From Ascoidea asiatica JCM 7603 (taxonomy: Eukaryota; Fungi; Ascomycota): DNA of 64,000 nt. Of the stretch, positions 55,454-64,000 are shown in pieces; the first letter of the stretch is position 1; every line of letters starts with the position of its first letter. The notes below the pieces were generated by a model that was not told the DNA's origin, ran no database searches, and saw only the letters and a list, made by a program, of their open reading frames with translations. The stretch lies in the NCBI GenBank assembly GCA_001600695.1, contig BCKQ01000008.1:402669-466668 (forward strand). Direction: 5' to 3'. A program made the position numbers and the translations under genes.

Positions 55454-58255
55454 CTAATTAATATAATCACCCAAAACAATGTTTTCAGAGGGCTCGCTAT
55501 AGTTCAAGTCTTCTTTTAGTTTTGCTATTGATATTGTTTTATTATCAAAATCATAAACCATATATAATTGTTTCATTGCCATATACCCTAAAATCACATT
55601 AGTATCACTATCACCTAAAGTAATTAGATTATCATCAAAACTACATTCCGCAGTGCTATCTCCTGTTTCATTTCCATATATGATTAATTCACTTATTGAA
55701 ATATTTAAATAATTATCATTTAAATTAAATCTGAAATAATCTTCTTCATTAATTGATCCACATCCAAATACTATATTTCCATTTTCACTTTTTTCATATA
55801 TATTTGAATGTAAATAATTTTTAAAAAATCTATTATAAAGTATATTGGGTAAAGTGATTCCATAATTATTGAAACTTAAATCAAAATTTATTATCAATTC
55901 ATTGTCTTTAATTTGACTTTCATTCATTAATTCAACTGTAAAATTTTTATATTCTTTTTTATTACTATCATAATAATGGTGAATAAATTCAATATTAGAA
56001 GTATTAACAGATATACCATTGAAAATTCCTTTTCGATTTCTTGCATCTTTTAATTCAGTATTATTAAAAGGTATTGAAAATAAATTTCCTTGAAATTTAT
56101 CATAATCAACTCCTCCAAATATTAAAGTACCATTGAAAACATTTGAGCCCTCATCAGAATAATCAAATAAACTAAAAATTCTTTTGTTTATTAATCCATT
56201 ATCAACTAATTTATCAAAAAAAGTTTTATAAGATACATCTGCATAATTTATTTTAGAACTTACATCTAATAAAGGATTTAATCCAAGAATATTAACTTGA
56301 AATCTAGGATAGTTATCACAATACACAAAAGAAATATCCTGGATTTTAGTATCTGAATCTTTTATTAAATAAAAATTATCTGTTTTATATCTTGAGGTAT
56401 AATATGAATAATTCGTTCCTGAATTTGTTAAATTTGAAAAACAAGTTTCAGATAATGAAGAATTATAAAATGGAATAAAATTATTTGTTTGATTATAATA
56501 TGAACTTAAAACTGTATCTGAAAATTCAGTTGAAAGTGATAATTCAACTTCTTGAATTGGATAACCAACAAATAAATTAATATAATATCCAGGAAAATCT
56601 TGAGTATAATTTTTAATAAAATATGGTATTTTTAAGTATCCTGATGAATTTGTAATAGTATTGGTGTTATTTTGATTTTCATGTAAAATTTCAAAAATAT
56701 TTTCCGGATTTTTATATAAATTTTCTAAAGGAATATTTGTTTCAATAGGAACAGATATACTATTTGAATTTTTATTACTTATGGATGCTAAAAATGTTTC
56801 TTTTTCAGATTCTTTTGTGAAAGTAGTTGTAATTACATCTAAATAATATGATACAGTTTCTGTTAAAGTAAAATTAGTATTATTAGAACTTTCAACAGTT
56901 TTTGTTATTGGCAAATCTTTTAAATAAGTTGAAGTAAATTCTGTAGAATAATAATAATATGAATCATTATAATATTCAACTTGAGATATCCAAGATTCAA
57001 AATTTTCATCATTTATTACTACCATATTTTGATCCTCTTCATCTATAAATGTTTGTGAATCTTGATCGAAATTTGAGTTACCTAATGCAATAATTTGTTT
57101 ATCAAAATCTACCATAACATAAATATACTTTAAAATATTATAACCAAGATAAAAAGTATTATCTGTTGAATATTGAAAAATTAGAGTTGAATATGGAGAT
57201 ATATCCAATTCTGAAAATGGTACATTTAATTCAAAACCAGAAAAATTGAAATATAAAGTAGCATTATTTATAATCTCTTGTTCACATTCCGAAAATTCTA
57301 TTGTACCATTTGCTTCCCTTGATTCACATGAACTATTCATAAGAAACCAAACAGATTCGAAAGAATTTTCAAAATATTGAGGTAAAATTAACTGTCCAGA
57401 CATCATACTTATTCCAAATTGAACTGGATATAAAGTTGAATTAAGAACGTCAAATTCATATTGTAAATTTCCTTCTGTTAAATAAATATTGAAATCATTG
57501 AGAGTAACAGCAGCAGAAGAAATTTTAGGATTTACTGACCAACTATCATTATTAACAAATGGAATTGAAATTAATTTATCATTTTGAAATTTCGAAGTAT
57601 CAATTGCACCAAATAGAAATGAAGATGTTTCATTATCAATATTTCTAAAATTATATGAAACAACTTTTCTATTAACAATATTTTTATCAATAAATGTAGA
57701 CCAAATAGATTTTTCAACATTGTTTTCACAAAAATCAGAAAAGCCAATTTGACCACTTGAACATAAACTAAAATATCCATTACAAAAAGTATAATTATCA
57801 AAGCTTAATTCATCTGAAAAACTTAATGATTCATTTGATAATATACCAACTAAACCACAAGATGGATTAAAACATAAATTATCTTCAATTTCGGAAAATG
57901 GGGTAAAACTTGAAGAATTTTTATCAAAATAAACACCGTATGAAGCTTTATAACCTGTAGAATACATACCGAATGAATTATCATAATATGATAATTGTAA
58001 ATTTACAGATGTATCTGCATATAATGGATCTAATGGAGATTGAGAATATATTGAGCATAGATTAAAATCAACAGCTAAAGATAGATTAACTTCAGGTTCA
58101 CCGATTTCAAGTTTTATAAACTGAGTGTCATATGAGAAAAAAGATGGAATTTCTAAATAACCATCATTTGATGTTAAATTTAAGCAGTGAATAAACTGAA
58201 TTAAATTTATCTGTAATGTAAAAACAACATATAATAAGAAAGTAATTTCCTTCAT
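55454..58255 (-). CDS. Secreted protein with two tandem pepsin-fold units, both lacking catalytic motifs
   Basis: Signal peptide; two sets of landmarks (LFGAIDTSKF / LIFGGVDYDKF; YLGYNILKYIYVMVDFD / ILGYMAMKQLYMVYDFD); no DTG/DSG at active-site positions. Confidence 0.8.
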   Translation of the reverse strand: MKEITFLLYVVFTLQINLIQFIHCLNLTSNDGYLEIPSFFSYDTQFIKLEIGEPEVNLSLAVDFNLCSIYSQSPLDPLYADTSVNLQLSYYDNSFGMYSTGYKASYGVYFDKNSSSFTPFSEIEDNLCFNPSCGLVGILSNESLSFSDELSFDNYTFCNGYFSLCSSGQIGFSDFCENNVEKSIWSTFIDKNIVNRKVVSYNFRNIDNETSSFLFGAIDTSKFQNDKLISIPFVNNDSWSVNPKISSAAVTLNDFNIYLTEGNLQYEFDVLNSTLYPVQFGISMMSGQLILPQYFENSFESVWFLMNSSCESREANGTIEFSECEQEIINNATLYFNFSGFELNVPFSELDISPYSTLIFQYSTDNTFYLGYNILKYIYVMVDFDKQIIALGNSNFDQDSQTFIDEEDQNMVVINDENFESWISQVEYYNDSYYYYSTEFTSTYLKDLPITKTVESSNNTNFTLTETVSYYLDVITTTFTKESEKETFLASISNKNSNSISVPIETNIPLENLYKNPENIFEILHENQNNTNTITNSSGYLKIPYFIKNYTQDFPGYYINLFVGYPIQEVELSLSTEFSDTVLSSYYNQTNNFIPFYNSSLSETCFSNLTNSGTNYSYYTSRYKTDNFYLIKDSDTKIQDISFVYCDNYPRFQVNILGLNPLLDVSSKINYADVSYKTFFDKLVDNGLINKRIFSLFDYSDEGSNVFNGTLIFGGVDYDKFQGNLFSIPFNNTELKDARNRKGIFNGISVNTSNIEFIHHYYDSNKKEYKNFTVELMNESQIKDNELIINFDLSFNNYGITLPNILYNRFFKNYLHSNIYEKSENGNIVFGCGSINEEDYFRFNLNDNYLNISISELIIYGNETGDSTAECSFDDNLITLGDSDTNVILGYMAMKQLYMVYDFDNKTISIAKLKEDLNYSEPSENIVLGDYIN

Positions 58256-58962
58256 GATATATTTCCCTATTGTGTATCTTGATTTATTTGATTTTATGAT
58301 TGTTTGAAAATATTCTCAAAGATTCTCAAACATTTTTTCAATAATTTTGCCATTTATACCAAAAGGTGAAAGAAGATTTTTATACTTGAAGATAAAGATA
58401 TTTAGTATTTTAAAATTAAGTAATTGAATGATTTAGTCAAATTTTCTATCGTCCAGTGATTTTATATTTAGATATTTTTCGCGCTAAAAGAGCGGCCCAG
58501 CAGAATTTCCTAATTACAAGCTCAGTGTGTGAATGTATGCTGTCCCGGTAAGACAAAAACAGGGCAGGACAAAACAAACCTCACTTTTTGTACTGCTCCA
58601 AAAGTTTGAACAGTTGCCGGGCTAACTACTAGTAGTACACCTGTCTTTTCCGAACTGCTTTTATCAACCCCAGTCAAGGATTCGAAGAAATCGAAATTAT
58701 TTCCCTTTACGTGCTAAGCCCGGTCGAATGTGTTACTATTATTCGGCGAACACCCCTATAAGCAGGACACTACACTGCTTAAACCCATGAATGCGCCATC
58801 GTTATTTTTATAGCCCTTAGTAAAAAGGAGACTTTATTCTAACAATTGTATATAATATGGATTAACGAAGAATTTAACTTCAGGTAAACGAGACTTTTAA
58901 TAAAATCACAATAAAAAACCTTAAGAATGGTGAAAATATAAAAAATTAAGCAGTTTTAACTA

Positions 58963-60849
58963 TCATAGAAGAAACAAAGTAATGAAAATAAATGAAATAT
59001 TGAAAATAAGACCATTTCTAGCAACAGAAATATCTTTAAATGGCTGTGAGCTTCCACTTGAACTTGAGCTAGAGAGTGATGTTGAATTTGAAGCTGAAGT
59101 TGACGTTGATGGATATAATTTATAAAAATAATTTAAATCATCTGTATTGAAAACTGTAGTTGAAATGATTTCTTTGAATCTTTTTGTTTCAAAACTTGAA
59201 GTAATATTATTTCCATTACTATTTTGAATAGTTGTTGTTAACATATAATTTCTATGAACAATAGTTGTTGTGATTTCTGTTGAAAAAAAAGAATTTGAAA
59301 ATTCTTTTACTTTAGTTGCATCTAGTAATAAAGTTGAATTATCAGTTACTATAACCAAATTTTCTTTTAAACTTATTGAAGAATTAGTTGAATTTGAAAT
59401 ATTTGAATAAATTGAATTACCCAAACTAACAGTTTGAGAATCAAAATCAAAAACCATATATAATTGATTTGTTATTGCAGTTCCTAATACAAAACTTTCA
59501 GAAGAATATGGGAAATTATAATTTGGATTAAGTTCCAATAAACTTTGTCTCTCATCATATATTTTGTTAGTAAGCGTTGCTAAAACACCTGCAACAAGAT
59601 ATACTGTTTCGGTTTTTTGTTGAATATAAAAAAGATTACTAAGAGATGTTTTAATTTCAAATCCTTGTAAATTTAGTATAACATCACTATCATTCAATTC
59701 ATTAAAACAAGTAGTACTATCACCTTTTGAACCATTTTTGATAGAATAAATATTATCACAAAATTTAAAAATTTCTGTTTTATTTATATTCAAATATATT
59801 GAATATGGTATTAAAGTAGCAGTATTATCAGATTTATTATTATTATTAAATGAAGAAAAATCTGGAATCACCGGATATCTATTTGCTCCTTCATTTTTAG
59901 TTGAATTACTTGAATTATTTGAACTACTCGAACTATTTGAATTATTTGAACTTATAAGTAGATTATATGAAGCTTTTGAATTATAATAAGAAGTAAAATT
60001 TTTACTTGGTATTAAAGTTAAATTGGTTAAGGTTATTGCAACTGAATTATTAACCATTGGCAATGTAGATAAATGATCATCAATATATTTTGATTTATCA
60101 TAAGCACCAAATAAAACTGAACCATAAGAAGATATTGAAGTAGATGTTGAATTAGATGTTGAGTTAGATGTTGAATTTGAAGATTCAAGAACATTTGCTT
60201 CAGGAATTTGAAATATTGATAATATTTTTCTTTGAATTAAATTTTGACTTTTAAATTTATTCCAAATATTTTCAGTTATTTCATTTGATAAGTCAATTGA
60301 AGAATCATTATCATTTGTGAAATTAGAAAATAAACCTAATTGACCTCCACCATTTGTTAAATCAATTGATTTATCATAATAATTTAAACCAAAAGTAAAA
60401 TTTTCAATAGTTATAAGATTATTATCTGGATTTGAAACTGAGGAAATTAAATTTAAATTATCAGAAGACCAAATTCCAATTGGTGTTGATAAAGAAAATT
60501 GATCAAAAAATGCTTCATTTGATAAATAATTAAAAGTTTGAGAATTGAAATTATCAAAACCAAAATTTTCACAATTTGTTATAAGATATGTAGCATTTAA
60601 ACATGATGGATTATAAATTGAGGTTATATATGAATTTGATGAAAATAAATTTAAATTTAAGAAAATTTTTTGAGATGGATTACCAATATTTGATTCAATT
60701 ATACGATTTGCATATAATTCAATTTTGAAATAATTATTTGTATTTGTATTATTATCATTATTGCTACTGATACATTTAACTAAATTTATAAATAAAAAAG
60801 TTATTAGAAAAATCAAATTTTTGAAACCTACCATAGTGAAGTGATTCAT
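58963..60849 (-). CDS. Yapsin-like, probably GPI-anchored pepsin-fold protein lacking catalytic motifs
   Basis: ATG at 60849 or 60834; signal peptide; IGNPSQKIFLNLNLFSS (DTG replaced by NLF), VLFGAYDKSKY, VLGTAITNQLYMVFDFD; Ser/Thr tail and hydrophobic C-terminus. Confidence 0.8.
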   Translation of the reverse strand: MNHFTMVGFKNLIFLITFLFINLVKCISSNNDNNTNTNNYFKIELYANRIIESNIGNPSQKIFLNLNLFSSNSYITSIYNPSCLNATYLITNCENFGFDNFNSQTFNYLSNEAFFDQFSLSTPIGIWSSDNLNLISSVSNPDNNLITIENFTFGLNYYDKSIDLTNGGGQLGLFSNFTNDNDSSIDLSNEITENIWNKFKSQNLIQRKILSIFQIPEANVLESSNSTSNSTSNSTSTSISSYGSVLFGAYDKSKYIDDHLSTLPMVNNSVAITLTNLTLIPSKNFTSYYNSKASYNLLISSNNSNSSSSSNNSSNSTKNEGANRYPVIPDFSSFNNNNKSDNTATLIPYSIYLNINKTEIFKFCDNIYSIKNGSKGDSTTCFNELNDSDVILNLQGFEIKTSLSNLFYIQQKTETVYLVAGVLATLTNKIYDERQSLLELNPNYNFPYSSESFVLGTAITNQLYMVFDFDSQTVSLGNSIYSNISNSTNSSISLKENLVIVTDNSTLLLDATKVKEFSNSFFSTEITTTIVHRNYMLTTTIQNSNGNNITSSFETKRFKEIISTTVFNTDDLNYFYKLYPSTSTSASNSTSLSSSSSSGSSQPFKDISVARNGLIFNISFIFITLFLL

Positions 60850-61753
60850 ATTCACTTATTAAATATTGTATCATAGAATAACACTGGCTAATCTTACAGA
60901 TTTGAATAATTTAATATAAGTAAGGTTTTATGAATTGAAATAAAATAAAATAAAATAAAACATATACTTTTTGTATTGAATAAGACCCTATGGTTCTCTT
61001 AACTTGTAGAATAAAGATAATTTCATCAGTTTATATGGCAATTATTTTTTTAAATTAAAATCGAGGCTAATTTTTAAAATCAAGTACCGTAACAAAAAAT
61101 CAGATCTGAAAAAGTGTTTTAAAGGGTTTTTTTTCGCTGCTCACCAAAATAAATCCTGTTAAAAAAGTCTACATTGTTATACATATTTTGGAACAAATCT
61201 AAAGTGGTGTAGAAAATATTTGGTATATCTCTCTGTTAAACAAAACAAAGGATATTGTAAGTATCGAATATGAAGATTCTAGCATTCAATTGATTTCTTT
61301 TTAAAAAGCTTTTTGATAGATGACTTTATAATTAAATTGAAAAAAGAATGTCTTAACCTTGTTTGGTAAAGTCATTACTTTTTCTTATCATTTTACCTTT
61401 TTCAAAATCCTTCAAAAATCAGATATAAGAAAAGCAAAATAGTTAGAATTATCACCAAAAATCTGCCTCATAATTGAGAGTATAGTAATTTTTCATTGGA
61501 AACTTTTTGAAGCTAATCAAAATTAAAGATTCATTGTTGGATATAGACAAAAAAACTAGTGGGTTGGAATCATAAAAGTAAGAGCCTTCACTTTGGTATT
61601 TTTTTTGATATGTTTCCATTGAGCTATAGTGTATAATTCTCTTTGTAGGTTAACGATAATTGAGGCTGTAATTACATTATAATTTTTGTTTAGCTTTTGC
61701 TTATTGATACAAAAATAAAAAGAGCATTGGTTGAAAAAAAAGGGAACCTTTTC

Positions 61754-61825
61754 TGAGAGATACGGGAATCGAACCCATGTCATCTGCTTGGAAGGCAAAT
61801 ATGATAACCACTACACCAATCTCCC
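61754..61825 (-). tRNA. tRNA-Gly(UCC), copy 2
   Basis: Identical to copy 1 except at position 9 (G vs A); T-run terminator about 13 nt downstream. Confidence 0.94.
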
Positions 61826-63245
61826 AAGCAATAAGCATATTTATTATATCCTTAATTTCAATAAGTTATAAACAATTATAGTTTATAATGTTTATAATGT
61901 GTACGGCCATTATTTTTACCAAATTTATTAAAATTGAGAATGCATTTCCATACATACTAATAAACATGCGCACATGGCTAAACATAAACAAAAATCAACG
62001 AACACAAAGACAATGAAGTGTGGCTTAGCGGGAAATGAATTTACCCGGATCACCACCCCGAATGCTTTTTAAACTTTGGGAAACGACCCCGAAAACCCGT
62101 GACTTCTGGTGCTGTACTAGTATGCACAGGATGAATTTGGTGGAATCTGCACTGCCCAAAATTTTCCACAGTGTGGCGAAAATTGGCTCTTTGGCTCTGC
62201 AGTTTGGCTTTCAATTTAATATTTCAGTACTTCAGTATTTCAGTATTTTAGTATTTCATTGTAAGTCAGAAAGACTTTGAGTTTAATATTTTAATGGAAT
62301 TCAATTGACAGAGATTAGTTCGAATATGAATCAAAGCCAAATGATATTCTTATTTGATCTTTGATTTGTTACTGTTTCGTTTGATCAATTTGGCAATACA
62401 ATTACTTCAAGTTTTGAATGTTTGGAAAATACTTGCTCAGGAAAAATAAAATTTGGATTCTCAATTTTTGATATGATTCTTCCAAAGATAAAAAAAATAA
62501 ATAAATGATAAAAACTTATTTTCAACAAAAAATGGTCTAGATGTATTGAATCAGTCTGATTTGAAATATGAAAAAGTCATGTCATTTTCCTCGATATCAG
62601 AATTTTGGAAATAATCTAGCTTTTGCCTTTTTCACCTCACAATAAAGGAAAGTAATGTCTTAAACTTGGTAATATTAGCTCGTTTACTTTGGTAATTTCC
62701 TAAAATATATAATATTTAATTATTTACACTTATATATTTATTATGTCAAAGATTTTCAGTCCTTGATATTCTAATTCTGGTTCAATGCAATTCCTTATAA
62801 TGATTTCAATAATTGGTTAAAATGTCTTCAACCTTTTCAATTTTTAGAGCAATTTAATCCCAAATAAGATCCAAAAAAACAAAATATTTCCTTTGGCTGC
62901 TAGTTTTTTTTTAATTTTTAATTATTTTCATATATTCTTTTATCAGTTTAATAATCAAGTCACAATAATTACATCAAAAACTGTTGTTTGAAACGTCTAT
63001 GAGATCTATATTAAAGAAGCAAAAAAAGAGAAATGAATGAAAATATATGAGGTTTATGAATGCTTAATTTCATTTTCCTTTTCAAAATGAATAAATTTTC
63101 ATTTTCATTTTCATTTTCTTTCTCATTATCATGTTTCCAAATTATTATAAAAACCTTTTATATTTCCCAATTTTTCAAATGATTTTTTTTTGATTTTTTG
63201 ATTTAATCTAGTTCATTCAAAATTATTTTTCTCTATTTTATCAAA

Positions 63246-64000
63246 ATGATTCAATTAAATATATTCTTATTATTATTTTTATCTTTAACACTTTTTTTAA
63301 AAAAATCATTGGCATCTTATGTTACAAATTATCCTCAAGAAAAATATTGGTTTTTAGGTTGTCAAATGGCAATTACAGAAAATGTTGAATATTGTTCAGA
63401 TATTAGTACTTCATCTTATTATATGTATTCTGTTAGTACTTGTACATGTAATAATACTGTTGCTTTAAGTTCTTTATTAAATTGTGTTTATGATATATAT
63501 GATAATGATAATCATGAATTAATTAATGATTATATTATTGAAATGTGTGAAAGTGTTGAAGTTTCAATTACAAATGATTTTTTGGAAGAAACATATTCAA
63601 ATTCAACAAAATTTTTGGTTAATTTCAATAATTCAAAATTCGATAATTATAACAAAACTTCAGATTTATCTTATTTTCCAGTTTTAGTTGATAAAGATTA
63701 TGCATTTAGAGCTTATAGTAGTTTTAAAGTAATGTATGAAAATGCTTATTATTCTTATATTTATGGAATGGGATCAGTAATTTATTGGGCTTGTATTATG
63801 TTTATATGTTCTATTTTTCATTGGACAAAAATTATATTTCCAAGTTTTATAAATAAAATTAATGGAAAAATTTCATCAATTTTAAGAAAATATATATTTT
63901 TACCAGCAACATTTAAAAAATCTCATGTTAATTCAAAATTAATTTTTAATAAATTTGATATTGGATTAATTCCAACAAGATTTGAATCAATTATTATTTT
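63246..64000 (+). CDS. Ferric/cupric reductase (FRE/CFL family), N-terminal part; runs off the window and is absent from the ORF track
   Basis: Manual translation: signal MIQLNIFLLLFLSLTL, Cys-rich ectodomain (GCQ..YC..CTCNN..LLNC..EMC), YIYGMGSVIYW, RKYIFLPATF, GLIPTRFESII. Confidence 0.85.
   Translation, partial: MIQLNIFLLLFLSLTLFLKKSLASYVTNYPQEKYWFLGCQMAITENVEYCSDISTSSYYMYSVSTCTCNNTVALSSLLNCVYDIYDNDNHELINDYIIEMCESVEVSITNDFLEETYSNSTKFLVNFNNSKFDNYNKTSDLSYFPVLVDKDYAFRAYSSFKVMYENAYYSYIYGMGSVIYWACIMFICSIFHWTKIIFPSFINKINGKISSILRKYIFLPATFKKSHVNSKLIFNKFDIGLIPTRFESIII

Noticed and set aside
61556-61798. 80-aa ORF
   Set aside because: Overlaps tRNA-Gly; no coding features
62432-62440. Mac1/CuRE-like CTTGCTCA upstream of the ferric reductase
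   Set aside because: Single imperfect copy; insufficient support

Overview
Extremely AT-rich, intron-poor budding-yeast (Saccharomycotina) DNA with poly-Asn-rich proteins; the composition suggests Ascoidea or a relative (inference only). There are about 22 protein genes: F-box-like protein, PCP1 rhomboid, a velvet-domain regulator, a VHT1-type MFS transporter, DUR31, PRP42/39, TRS65, a Cys-finger protein, two tandem RTA1/RSB1 paralogues, an STR3-like lyase, two Zn2Cys6 factors, an EHT1-family esterase, JAC1, a YMR090W-like Rossmann protein, HEK2, a divergent RKR1/LTN1 plus a RING-less partial paralogue, three pepsin-fold proteins lacking catalytic motifs, and a partial ferric reductase. There are also three tRNAs: an intron-containing Met(CAU) and two Gly(UCC). 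Highlights: (1) the ORF track splits DUR31, which is really a two-exon gene whose 875-nt intron holds a complete TPP riboswitch and a candidate long-range anti-aptamer, next to a biotin-transporter-like gene; (2) a family of secreted pseudo-pepsins, one of which is a fusion of the other two types; (3) a velvet protein in a budding yeast; (4) a promoter array of GGTACTACCA with exact 17-bp periodicity; (5) a truncated Ltn1 N-domain paralogue.
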